A stretch of 64,000 nt of DNA from NCBI GenBank assembly GCA_016748015.1, contig JAAOMT010000009.1, positions 1,303,924 to 1,367,923 on the forward strand, given 5' to 3'. The first letter of the stretch is position 1; each line of letters opens with the position of its first letter. Below are positions 38,960-52,295 of this stretch, piece by piece. A model generated the notes under the pieces. That model saw nothing but the letters and a program-made list of their open reading frames with translations. It searched no databases and had not been told where the DNA came from. The position numbers were made by a program, and so were the translations under genes. This DNA comes from Geosiphon pyriformis uo1. Its lineage: Eukaryota > Fungi > Glomeromycota.

Positions 38960-39420
38960 TTTTTTTTTCACAAATTTAGTTATATTTTATAAATTAAAAA
39001 CTTTAATTAATTTAAAATATATACAAAGCTTATTTTTTAAATATTTACAATATAAGTAGTTAATTAATTATAATTGGTTTTAATTTATTGTATTAAAAAT
39101 TGGTGTGTACAAAATAATAAAGTAAATTATATAAAGAAATAAAAATAAATAAATGCATAAACATGTTTATTTTAACATAAGTTTAAATAATTGATTACAA
39201 AAATATATATAATTTAAAAATAAAAAAATAAATTTATTAAAAAATAATGTATTGCCAAAAAAAGATTTTCAATTAAAAAAAAGTATTATTATAAATATTT
39301 TACTCTTTAATCATTAGATTTGGTGATACAAAATTTTAAATTTTTCATTGTAAAATATATAAAAAATAAATAAACAGTTGTTAACAAATATATTTTTGAA
39401 TGAATATTTCCTAATTATAT
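38960..39420. repeat. AT-rich eroded tract bordering the gene island
   Basis: Composition only. Confidence 0.5.
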
Positions 39421-39592
39421 GCGAAAGTTATTAAAATACATTTTAGTTTATATTGACCACCAATTCACTATAGGATTTGGGTAGCTTTGTAATTTGTTTC
39501 CTCGCTACCCACGCTTGATGATCGTAATAGCAACATGCATTAGTTATCCAGAGTCCTCTATTCTCAATAAAATAAAATTTTGATCAGTTAAA

Positions 39593-42500
39593 TCATCTCT
39601 TTTTGTGGATGTTCGTATTTTTGAGCTTTTTTATCAGTTTTGCAGTATCCTGTGGTTTAACGCGGTTCTTATTCCGATTTTTTACATTTGCAGTCTCGTA
39701 AAAATGGATCCCAATCTTGCCCTTATTGGTTTTCATGCGAGGTTCTTTATTGATTTTGCGGCGAGACTGTGATAGTTCTTTAACTTCTTCAATGTCTTCT
39801 TGTCCTGTAAGGTGAGATTTGCAAAGGTCAATTGCCAAATACGACCAAGATTACATAGTTGTAATTTCTTACTCTTTCGTTTAGCTTTCTTAGCATTTTT
39901 TTTCGAGGATATTGAAGTACTGATGATTTTTGGACGTGTCGGCGAGGATGATTCTTTTAAAAGTATGTCGGTATCATTCTCACTCAGATCAGAACCTTGA
40001 TCATGATTTTGTTCCTTCTGTTCTACCTCTTCATCCTTTGGATTGGAGAATTGATCTTGGGTCACTTCTTGGAACAACTCAAGAGAATCAATACCTTCAT
40101 TATTGCTTCCAGCATTTGATACTTTTGTATCAATCTTTATGTCCTGCAACAAATTTATGTTTATAATGTGCAATTGAAATCATATGGAATTAGAATCACA
40201 AGACATATCGCAAACCTTATCGATCGAGGCCACTCCTTCTCCGACAACACTCTTAAAAATCTCATCCCAGTCAAGAGTCTCCTTTTTTACCTTTGGAGTT
40301 TCGTCGATAATGTTCTCTTCGATCACATCATTTGAATCATAATACTGAGAAACAGCCGCTTCTTCTGTCATACTGAATTCCTTTCCGAGATCATCGGGAA
40401 GAAAATCAGTTGTAACACGTATATTTTGAAATATCTGTTCAACCCCTTTGGGTTCTTTTTTCTTATCCTTTTAAAGATTTATAGATTAGTAGGAAGAAGT
40501 GACTGAATCGCGAGTCAATAAAATTTACCTTGACGTCTACTTTTTCTCCAACCGTCTCTTCTAAATTCTTTTCTGCGTTGTTGAATGTTTCACCCTCAAT
40601 AGGTGGTGGTGTGAAATAGGGTATTCTACCACGCAGCCAATCGTTCAACACCATTTTAGATACTGTATAAATATCCGGCTCCCCTTTCTTCAACAACTTG
40701 CCTGTCTTGTGAGCAAGTTGCCCAAGAAAATCCACATGATCTGTCCAAGCACTAATGGCGTAGGTGCGCTGAAGATATTCCTCACGAACCCGAGTGAGAA
40801 TTGTATGAATATAATCTTCGGGAGTTTTAAGATTTTCAACACGTACCTGGGAATAATTGTATATAATTAAAACAATCGTTATGCACCAACCAAAATAACC
40901 TAGGATGAAAATAAATTTACATACTACGCCTTTCAAAACAATGTCCGTCTCGGTATCTTCAACGGAAGGTGGGACAATACCAGGGCAATCAATGAGATAT
41001 ATACGTTTCATTAGAGTAATATACTGCCAAACTTTTGTCTCGCCAGGAATAGGGGCGACATTACACACCCTTTTGCTTCGTAGTGTGTTAATAATCGAAC
41101 TCTTGCCGGTATTCGGATAGCCAATGAAACCAACACTGATTTGTTTTTTATTTGAGTGTAATGACGCGAATTGACGTAGCAATTGTATTAATGAGCCTTT
41201 GCCAAAAGAATTATTGATGCTCGCATGGAATGCAAGGGTTGGATATTCTTTGGACAGGATAGATACCCATTTAGCCTATAAATTTTAATTGTTATTTTAG
41301 AGATGATGTATAATCCATAACCAAGAAAAGCAAGAAATGAAATCTTTTGCGTTTCAACTCTTTGAATTATAAAATCCCCAATTAGACTGCCTCAAAACAA
41401 GACAGCACAGAATGAGAACTATTTAATCTCCCATAATTTTAACGTGTAAGCTTCACAAGGATGAGGATAATATAATATCCAAAGTTACACTGACTTCAAT
41501 TATGGGATTAAGATTTGGTAAGAGAGAAATATATACATACGGTAACCCATGTGGGCACAAGGTCGCACTTGTTTAAAAGAAAAATTAGGTGCTTATGACA
41601 GGCTTCCTTTTTGAGGTGTTGTTCCACGCTCCTGCATCGAGTTCCGATTGGATCTCGAGAATCGAGCACATGAATAATAACATCAGATGAATCGATTACC
41701 TTTGTGAATATTTGAATGGTTGATTTTAGCAGTTTTGTCAGTATTACAAAAAGAAATAATCTTTATGAAGCAGAGCCATGTATCTCGAACCTTATACAAT
41801 TCACTCCAAATTCGCTTCGATTGTCCTTTAGAAAATAACGAATCTCTAGCTTCATCGATCCAGTCTGTCACAATATTTGATAACAGTGACGGATCACTTT
41901 TCGTGTCATATCCCTCCAATGACTTTTGGGTTGTATCCAAAAGATCTTCGAGTGAACCGATTTTTAATTTGGGTCTTTTTCGTTGGGCTTTGGGCCCAAA
42001 AGTATCTGAAAATGTTTCTGTCTCCAACATATGCATCCTTGTTACCTATCCCATAATCAAGGACAACAGTGTGAGGAGATCAAGCCTTGGGATTCTTTGA
42101 AAAGTTAATCGAAATTCAATTACCTTCGTTGGATCCGACAGTAAACTCATGGGCAATTTATTCTGTCTTATTAGAACTTGATATGGGTCATTAATGCGCG
42201 ATCCAAGGCTTTCTCGAAAATCTTCTAACGCTTTGTGACCAATTACCCTTGTATTTCCTGTTGAGATTTTTTAGTTTTTAAGGGATTATAAAAAGAGGTG
42301 AATAATAAATAAATGATGATGATATTTGGGATAATTGAGTAAATCATCCAAAACTCATTTTTAAAACTAGTTCTGAGTCAGTTTGAAAATAAAGTTTGGG
42401 TGCTTGACATCGAATAGGAATGGTGACAATAACGCAGTAAAACGGATATCGAGAAACCCACTTCTTTAAGAATCCATATTTCAGCCTATATGAAGTTAGA

Positions 42501-42845
42501 ATGAGACTATATTCTAACTTGAAAAAAGGCGTCACAGTTTCCTTTGACCAAAAAGACTGAACGACACAAAAACTCACCAAACCAACGTCTGTCAGGCTGT
42601 ACTCTGGCCGAAGGTGTTAACTGACTTTGATAGGGTGCATCTTTTATTATTTTTCCTTTGCTATTTCGGATGGGCTTCCCACCCTTTAACATGTTAATGA
42701 ACTTGAGTTTTTTTGCATCTCGATAAAAATTTTCTCCTTTCACTCGAAGATTGCCCGCCACTTTGGGGGTGGATGAGGCTCCATCAAGTTTTTTAGTTAG
42801 CTGTTGAGTAACTAGTTTACTTTTTTCTTTTCTAGTTTTACCCAT
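39593..42845 (-). CDS. NOG2: nucleolar GTP-binding protein 2 (60S biogenesis GTPase), multi-exon
   Basis: [78 protein letters not shown]-terminal FYETANVKN; GT-AG introns. Confidence 0.97.
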
Positions 42846-43023
42846 AGTTGCAGTCGATAGTTTGGATGCAAGAAATAAAAAAGCAAAAAAAATCTTGATC
42901 TACGATAAGCAAAGATTAAAAGTTGTGTTACTGAGATCAATTACGTCACCTATCTGCTAAGAAAAATTGAATATAAAATCAGCGCGAAGAGGATCGAGTC
43001 ATTGAAATATCAAAAGACAAAAA

Positions 43024-43745
43024 ATGGTATCCAATTTTCGGTTATTTTTTCTTAATCATTTAAATTTATTTTACTATTGCACTTTCCAATGATTAGGCAA
43101 CTCAATCTCTCCGCATCACCCCTTCTCCGCGTCCGAAGACTACAACTAAAAGTATTTCTAATACCGCCAACTCTTTTGGGGTTCATGACACCTTTCGCTA
43201 TGGAGTAAGATCTATTGGAAGTGAGATATCACCGTCTCACCCACTTGAAAATAGACTTAAACAGGTATATTTATATAATAATCAAAAATTATGTTACGGC
43301 AAAGTAATTCTTTTTCGCCAACTCTTCTCTGTTTCAATAGTGGGACGAAACCCAGACAAATCTCAAGCTTTCCCTGGAAAGACGTCTCTATGGGATTCAC
43401 GCCCCAATAAGACATCTAATGGAAAGAAGCATCGTCTCAAGGGTGAGAGATTTTCTTTGCTAATTTATCATATACTGAAAATATCTGAAAACAATACTTT
43501 TAGGTTCAACGTTTACCCATATTGACATCGTCTAATCTCAGTTTGGAGATCCTTACCGGCAAGGACGAGACAATTGATGTAGAAGACTTTTTGAATGGTC
43601 AGTTTTTACCTTTGAGGTTATTGGGATGCCGTATTGTTAACTCGTTAATTTGAAAATGTGGTTTTTGGCAATAGATCCTGAGTTATCGACTGAATCAATG
43701 GACGTACATGCGACAATGGAAAATCAATTGGGCATCAAATTCTAG
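43024..43745 (+). CDS. UMP1: proteasome maturation factor UMP1/POMP, 5 exons (not in the ORF track)
   Basis: Spliced translation: M|ATQSLRITP...GVHDTFRYG...SHPLENRLKQ|WDETQTNLKLSLERRLYGIHAPIRHLMER...|...LEILTGKDETIDVEDFLN|...DVHATMENQLGIKF*. Confidence 0.92.
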
Positions 43746-43933
43746 CATATTGCAAAGAGGTAAAGCTATTTTCTGGAAATATGATAAGTAATTATTTATC
43801 CTTGGTTGAAACCAATATAGATTCTGAGACTTCTTTGAAATCCATCTCCGAGAAATCATTCAAGATAGGCACTAGACGCTACAATTATAAATTGGTAAGG
43901 TCTATATGTGAGCCTCTAAAATTGTAGAATTTA

Positions 43934-44968
43934 TCAAGCAGAGTGTATACCGAATTTTTGATTATACGATTCAAGAATGAAATTCTTAAAATTCTGATAT
44001 GCTATGTCGAAATTGTCGTTTATAATCACTAAATCATGGGTACCCTCCTGTTGAGCATATGCAAGCTCTTCTTTCGCTCTGTCTAATCTGGCCTGTATTT
44101 GGGCTTCATTCTCAGTTCCTCGGTTACGCAAGCGTTTTTCAAGGATTTGCAGTGAAGGTGGCGCAACAAATAAAAACCGTGCGTCTAACTCCTCACTTTT
44201 TTCTTTAACCAATTTCACTCCCTATTTCAGTTTGTCGTAAGTCATTTAAAATTCCTTATTTGGATTATGAAATAAATCATTTTTATGTTTCTTACATTCA
44301 ATTCAATATCGAGGATACAAATCTTTCCAGCTTCTTCAACATTAAGGACAGCTTTTAGGCTGGTTCCATATAAGTTCCCCGTAAATTCTGCATGTTCGAG
44401 GAATCCATTCTGGTTGATTAATTCCTGGAATTCCTTGCGTGTGACAAAATGATAATTTTTTCCATCCTCCTCACCAGGCCGTGGGTGTCTTGTGGTGTCT
44501 AGGAGAGAATGAATTTGGATAAATTAGGAAAGTTCATCTAGCACTTCGTAAGAGTTTCGAGATAAAAGGAATTGACTGAACTTACGTACGGGAGACGCTG
44601 AACCCAAATTTTCCTGGATATTCTTCAAAAAGTCGGTTAAGTAAAGTTGATTTTCCGGAACCTGTTATTGGCAGAATGAATTAAAAATGACTCCCTGTAA
44701 AAGATTAAAGTGTAAATATTTAATATTTTCTCCTTACCAGATGGTCCCGAAACGACTACAACAACGGGACGTCGTCCTGTCATTGTTTAAAGTGATATTA
44801 ATTTTTTTAGAAAACTGCAGAGTTGTATTTTTTGAATTGGAAAAATAAAGTTCAATTACCAGCGAAAGAAAGTCCTTGCGTAGCTACAGACATGGCTGTG
44901 TAAGAAAAGCGACAAAGTGGGGCCGAGATATAACTTCCACAGACCGTTCGACTAAAAGATTTCAGCAT
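43934..44968 (-). CDS. GUK1: guanylate kinase, multi-exon, with possible N-terminal targeting extension
   Basis: VVSGPSG|SGKSTLL, FSVS|HTTRHPRPGEEDGKNYHF, FLEHAEFTGNLYGTS, CILDIE, FVAPPSLQILEKRLRNRGTE. Start codon uncertain (44992, 44968, 44893 or 44783). Confidence 0.95.
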
Positions 44969-45405
44969 TTCGCTGGGGCTCTGGGAATTCATCAGCCAAT
45001 CGACTTTAACTTTGAAAATCCACAAGCCTACAATTTCATCACGAGATTATTTCGACCAATCAGAAAACTTTAATCAACTATTCAGTCGCTTTGTGGATAT
45101 ATGGAGAAATCATATACTCATGAAGTATCATTTGAAACATTTTTAATTCAGTTAGATATTTAATTTTAGCCACTTCCCGATTCAATAGATTCGAATATTG
45201 GTCGAATTCCATCATTTAGAATATTGACACCTTAAAAAATTTGCGGAAAAAAGCCCAGCTGCCAGTTCCCTAATTTATAAAAATCAAAAAGTTATACTCT
45301 ATTCAAATTTAGCGTTAATGAGTTTTTATCTTTAAAATACGTCTGTGTTCCTCGGCTATTATAAATTTATTCTCTTCACTGTGATAATCCACCGTTTCAA
45401 GTTGG

Positions 45406-48292
45406 TCAATCCATGGACAGCAAAGTTTCAACTTCATCGACTGTACGAACCAAAATTGTTGCCGGAAACTCGTACCGATTTTTCGGATCGCGAATCGCTT
45501 CACTCAATCTTCGATACGCTTCGACAAACAATCGTGATACACGTTGGTTTACGCGTTTAACCAAAGGCTTTGGATTGCCCGTTAACCGAAATGTATCTAT
45601 ATCACCCAAGGTCAAGAATGAATCTAGTCTTGCCATGACAGCAGAAAGTGATCGAGTCTCCATATTTGTCACAAGCGACAGTGGTGTCTAGAAAGATAAA
45701 TCATTAAAAAAAAGTGCGGAATCGATGCAATGAACTCTGAATATGTACAAACATGTTCATCTTTGGTTTCAAGAGCATGAACAAGTTGAGCTAATCCTGA
45801 TTGTTCCAAAAGCTTCATGTACTAGGAATTATAAAATTTTAGATTCGAATATTTACAGAATAAAAGTAAAAGCTTACCCACCTGTTCATCCACCAATATT
45901 TCCATATGCTCCTCGATCTGAGATTCGAGCATTTGAACACGACTGTGCGTAAAGCTATAGATCCTTAAAGCTGACTATCTTGATAGCAGGATATTTTAAT
46001 TAGCTATGAAATTAATAAAATTAAGCATGCTATATGCCCAAAAATTAATAAGAGACGTACCTGAACGTAATAAAGGCAATTCACCATATATATTGCTTCA
46101 TTAAAACGGTTCAGATCTTTAGCACCTAATTCGCACATTTGAAGTAAAGGGTCCAACACCGCGTTTAAAATTCCTGCAAAATCACCCTCACGTTTAGATG
46201 AAGCCACAAGGGAGGTTTCGTAACAGGCCATTATTTCGTTCTGAAATTAAAGACACTATGTGTAAATGAATATAGAATGAGGATCAGAAAAACAAGTACT
46301 ATATGATAGAAAAGACATACTAATTGTAATGTGGATTCCTTGACAGCCGGAGGTGGGGATAAATCACTACCAGGTGTCTAAAAATTAATTTGATTCATAT
46401 GTTCAATAAAACCAATAACCAAACACGAAAAAATTAAAATAATAACCTGCACGAATCGTAGCAATTGTTCTGCTCGTGCATTAAGCGTATTGAAAAAAAC
46501 AAATGATGCTGACTCGGTAATTCTGGAAAATATAGTCGGGTAATAAGCAGCTGAATGTGGATATCTAGATCAATCCACATTTAGCTTACTCTTCAAGCGT
46601 GATAGACAAGGAAGCATTAGGTCCCAATATTTTTGCAATAGTAATTTTGTAAAATTGTATCAAGTTTACTATCCGGTACGCGGTAATAGCACCAGGTTGT
46701 GAACCCAATACTTGTTCCACGCGAGCCTAATTATGAATAAAAAATCAGCTTGATCCTAAGAAAAAAATAACATAAATATGAATCCACCTTTAATGGACGA
46801 CATGTTCCATCAAGATCTCGATCCAGTAAATCTTGAACAATTATATCATCACTTTCTTTGACAATATCTTCGGATAGACGCTCAATAATCTTACCTTCGA
46901 CATTTTCGTCTTTCGAATTTCATAAATAAACACATTAATTTTTAGATATTGGGATAGATAGTCCAGAATAAACAAGCAACATACCAAAGCAAGAGTCAAA
47001 TAGCCCTTCAAGAAATTCCCTCTCTCCTGCGACTGCTTGATGAACCCATGCAAGCATATCACCCACATAACGCATCGGATCATCTACATGTATTTCAATG
47101 GGGCGAGGTGTTCCATTGGGTCCTCCACGGGTCAAAGCGTCCATGAAAAGTCGTATAATGGTATTTCGCCGAATATATACCAGTTCTTCTAAACAAGATC
47201 TTCAACATAATGAGCTCAAGCAATATGGGATATCCTCATCAACGAATTAAAAAATTACTAACTGAAATAGCACAGGTCTTTGTTTGAGAGTTTTCAAGGC
47301 GTTTCTCATAGTCCCAGATATCTCTAAAGAGTCACGACCTAGTGTACGAGTTTCTGACTGGGTCCAACGAAATAACTTGTCAAATGCAGTTTCTTGATAA
47401 GCGTTCATCCTTTCCATAATCTCTAATCTTTTTCCATTAAAAAATTAACAATTGAAGACATAAATTCTCAAGATGCAATGAAAATATGTTTACCCAGCTC
47501 TTTGATTTTCTGTAATAAGTAACGCATCACAATCTGCATGTATCTGCTGCAAGTGTTTCAACGCATCAAAGAATTCAGGGCCAATCTCTCCGCTAGTCGT
47601 TGATAATAATGCCACTTCTTTTTCCGATAATGTAAATCGTTTCAAGAATGCATCAACGAGAATTTTACGTTCCTGACATTTTTCTCTAAAAATGAAAAAA
47701 ATGAAAATTAATATTATTGTCGAAGAACCAATGTCTGATGCCACAGGAATTGAAGTAAACCTTTGCGATTTTAGAATATCAGCCTGCTCCAACAAAAAGG
47801 CAGTCTGTTGATTAGCGGAATCAAGTCGGTCCCCAATTTCGTTACAAAACATGCTCATGGCTTTAACTTGGGATTCGATTATAGATAATTGCTTTTGAAA
47901 ATTTTTCATTTTAAAAAATTAGCATCATTATAAGTTCGAAATTGAATAGGGAAAATAGATAAATTGGATAAAACTCTGAAACTAACCTCACCGACTTTCT
48001 CAAAAACCTCTGAAAATTTTCTATTATTTTCAATAGCTTTCACTTCAATTTTTCCTCGTAAACTTCGGCGGGCAGCTGGGGTATTAGTCGTGTAAAACTC
48101 CGAGAGAGCTTCTAACGCGGCTTTGGTCTTACTATCGTCTACTTGATTAGTGAGAAGTTTAGAGACTTTTAATGATATTGGATTTTCTTCAGCAGGGCCA
48201 GAAACTGGTGAAGGGGTCGTAGGTGACTTTGGGTGGTTTGAAGAGGAAACTCGAGTGAATGAGCTTGTGATCACTTTTATCGAGGGATCCAT
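45406..48292 (-). CDS. COG6: conserved oligomeric Golgi complex subunit 6, multi-exon
   Basis: [58 protein letters not shown]-terminal [10 protein letters not shown]. Start uncertain. Confidence 0.93.
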
Positions 48293-48559
48293 ATTACGAA
48301 TATTGTTATTGAGAAAATTTTCGCCCAAATGTTCATTAGAAATTTTGGCAATTTTATCGTTCGCCCAAACATCCTATCGTAGAGAATCTAATCAAAAGAA
48401 TATAGGCGAATAAATTAATAAGTTTCATACCGTTGACAAGTGACCGGTCAATCCGGATTGGGATTCATAAATCTCTATTTCAATGATCCGATTGTAGATT
48501 TTATTTGCTCATTATATAGAAGCAATCTTAACTAACTTCACTTATAGCAAAGTTGATAA

Positions 48560-48920
48560 TACAACAATGCTTACTAAAATGCCAAAAACAAAAGAGACTT
48601 AATGGTTTATCTTTACTGTTTTCTGTTTCTGTTTGCTGATTATGTTTTAGTAATGCTTGTTTTAACTTATTAATTACTTCTTTTCTATTAGCATAAGCAC
48701 TAATATTGTAATACTATAATTAATTTGGCTATTTTTTAAATTAAATTACTATTTTCATTTTTCAAATTCTCTTTTTTATCTTTATTTGCTAATTATTTAA
48801 AATCTTCTTTCTTAGTTCTATTATCATATATTTTTTGCTTTATTTCCTTTTTAAATTTTTCTAATATCTTTTTACAAACTTGATTTCCTAATTCAATAAT
48901 TTTTAGTCAATTTTTAAGGA
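48560..48920 (-). mobile_element. possible short eroded TE fragment
   Basis: AT-rich patch between CpG-containing flanks; minus frame CKKILEKFKKEIKQKIYDNRTKKEDFK loosely resembles LINE ORF2 C-termini. Confidence 0.25.
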
Positions 48921-50852
48921 GAAAAGCCAAATTTTAATAAAATCTACAAGCCTGATGGCCAAGTGTCGTCACATGTTCACTTTGTCTGGTTTTGTCACAG
49001 CACGCTCCATATATTCCCTTTTTGGAATCTCCTGCGATCGAGGCGATCTCATTAAAATTCTGAAAATATCATTTTAGCGCAAAAATGTTACGGATAAGAC
49101 TATTTTGACGCAGATATCGTCGAGAGATTGAGATTTGAATTTACTAATTGGGTCGCCAAAAAACCTCAAGAGATTTGCACTTGGTCATCTTCAAAAAATT
49201 TTTATTACAGAAAAAAAGCTTGTAGCCAAACGGGATTTGATAATAATGTGTAAGTTCTATATGGAAAGTGAGATGGACGATCAATTGAAATATTTTTAAC
49301 TTTAACAACTTTTAGCTGATTCTTACAGCCCTGTACTTAACGAAGATGGACATGTTCCTGCATAAAAATGGGTTGGCAATTTGATTCAAAGCATTTACCT
49401 ATTCTGAAGTACTCGTAGATCTGATTAATCAACGAAATAATTAGGGTTTAGCAATGCAATTAGATATCTGAAAAGCTTGTGAAAATATAAATTATTTAAT
49501 TTTCTGTTCTGAAGCGAAAATTACGCCAAGCTTGGGACACAAGGAAAAAAAATGTTAAGAAAGGATGCATGAACGCGAGAGCTCAACATATAAATTGCTA
49601 ATTCAGTTAATTCCAACAATTGAACGCGACGAGGATTGTCATAAAAATACTCTTTTTTTTTTGTACTACTCCTCTATAGCAGCTATGTAAACTTTGTTTT
49701 GAAATCTTGAACGACAATGGTGGGAAACTGTGATTCATTTCCGAGAATGTGGTCAATTACACCACAGTTAGGTGCCGAAGTTTATTTGATCAATGCCCAA
49801 ATGCCATCAATTCAGAGATAGATGGATGAACGAAAACCCAAGGACCAAGTAAACTATTGGCAAGCAATTTTGAAGGATCAACTTGTACTGGTTTCTTGTA
49901 ATCGATTTTCAAACATTTAGGAAACTCTAATATAATAACAGTACAAGCAAACTGGAAACTTGAAATTTAGGAGTGGGGGATTGACATTAAAACAAAAGAT
50001 ATGAGAAGCGAAAAATGAAAAGATTACTGTCTGTGTGCAGTTTGTACTTCATTAAAGAACAATTACCTATTGTACTCTCATCCTGTTGTGAATGGAAACT
50101 CTCAAAACTTGATTACAATACTTGATTTCCATGCAGTGGATCGAAAAGTCACGGATTTCTTTCAAAGTTATAAACACAAAGAAAAAAAAAATTTTGGAAA
50201 ATTTTAAGCTTTCAAGATGTATTATATTGCCTTTGATGATTCCGAATGGGTGAACAGACTTTGGAATAATTGTCCCGGTTTTCACTTATTATACCGTTGT
50301 CGATGACTTTTACCGAATTTGGAAATAATAATTCAGCCTTTATCGCCAAAAATAGCCATTAAGTATGCCTGAAATTTTTGTTCTTTTGGGAAGCATCAAA
50401 TTTTTTGTCATACTAAAATATTAATAGCCAAGCAAAGGAAATTCCCAAAGGTTCTAGGCGATAAGACAAAGGCTTAGAGAATCCATTTGTGATGACTTCA
50501 TAAATCTGTTTCCAAAATAGAATATTATTATGACTAACTAAACTTATTCCATGATGGTCTTGCGCCATAGAACTCTCTTAATTCATTATTTGCCACTCGG
50601 TCGGGAATAAAGATAACCGATTTAATTGCCCTATTCCCCTTGTAGTGATTCTGAGTCATGAAAAATAAATTTTGTCCCCTACTTAAACATTGAGATTTTA
50701 GATTTTCCGATAAACTTAAATCAAAGATTTTTAATATTTTTAATATTTAAAAACACTAAAGGAGACACATACGGGATTTCTCTTTAGATAAAATAGTAAT
50801 TTATGCATGATAATTTTCAAAATGACATTTTAAAGAATAACCGTCTTTTTGT

Positions 50853-50854
<2 letters not shown>

Positions 50855-50910
<56 letters not shown>
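50855..50910. repeat. (AAT)n microsatellite
   Basis: Perfect trinucleotide run. Confidence 0.95.
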
Positions 50911-52295
50911 GAAGGATAATAAGGATAATTTATAACTTTCAAAGGGGATTTTACCATTATATTAACACTTAATGAGTTATTAGAAAGATCTTTTCCGGCA
51001 TTGAATTGGCTTATTATCTAAAAAATATTTTTCTTTAGAAATACAAAGAAGAATTAAGTCAATTTAGGGATTATAATGAACTTCAATATTCCAATATTTA
51101 AAAACAGATAAACCTACCCAAATATTTAGCCCCTAAATTAATAACAATTAAAGTCAAAAAAGTTATTGATCTACTTTGCCAGAAAGAAATTTTCAAATTT
51201 ATTCTCCCAATTACTCCTGCTTAATTGTTTGCCCATAATCTTTTACTTTTTTCAACTTTTCCGATAATTCTGTCTGCCTGAAATTTTTAATTAGGTACCT
51301 GTAATATTAAATGAGATTACTAAATTTCCCACTCCCTCATATTTTTCATCTTGTATTAAATTATTGTTCTCTGAATTTTTTCATCAATAATTGGAGTTTC
51401 ACATCTAAAAAAAATTCCAATAAGAACTTCAAAATTGACATCAACTCTACGTCATAACCATCAAATTATTTTTTTTGCAAATCTCTTAATTTCTGGTCCC
51501 TGAAATTATAACAACCCCAAATTTCAACATAGTCAGCCCATACAAAGGCTGCGCAGTATTTCCAAAATTGGGCGGCATAGATATTGCTAAAAGATTACAA
51601 TAATAATATAAGGGGTTTGTTAAATACTTTTTTTAATCCTTCTACTCCAGGCTTTGTTTGACCCTTTGGAAATTGGTAATTTTACCATTTTGAATAACTG
51701 TTTCCGATATCGTAAACTCTCCCTTTGAATTATTGCCTTTATTCCGATAACCTTAAAAAAAACTTTTTTTTTTTACATATAAAAAACAATAACATCGGTA
51801 AACAACTTTGCCAACAAGTAAGTTGTCTCACACCCCTTTCTTTTTTTTTCTTAACTGGTTTCGTTGCAGAACGACAAAAAGAAAAAAAAAAGAGACAGTG
51901 AAAAAGATACTGTAAGTTTTTTTTCTTTCTTTATTGAGATAATAACTTAATTTTTATTGGTAAAAAAAAAATATATTTCTCTTTTTAAATAACTTTTTTT
52001 CGCCCCGTTTACCCCGCAAATTCTATTAAATTAAACCAAACTCTGACGTATTATACTTACCAGTTGTTCATACAACTTCTTTATTCTTTGCTATTGTTCA
52101 TTTTTTTCTATTCAAAGATCTTACCTTCCACGCTTTCCATAAACTCACCCTTCCTCTAACACAAAACTCCCACATATTCAACCTTCAAAACTTTTACCCT
52201 GTTCTTTTCCTGTTAAAATTTCTTCGAAATACGGTTCTAAATTCATAAAAGGGAAAAAGAAACTTATACTCCTCCATTTCTAAATAAAGGTCACC

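Noticed and set aside
44876-45300. possible ncRNA or plus-strand ORF between GUK1 and COG6
   Set aside because: No snRNA or tRNA signature; the GC-richer part is explained by the GUK1 first exon.
49000-52290. gene in the long COG6-bHLH intergenic region (e.g. ORF 50067-50285)
   Set aside because: No recognisable domain; consistent with promoter and 5'-UTR introns of the bHLH gene.
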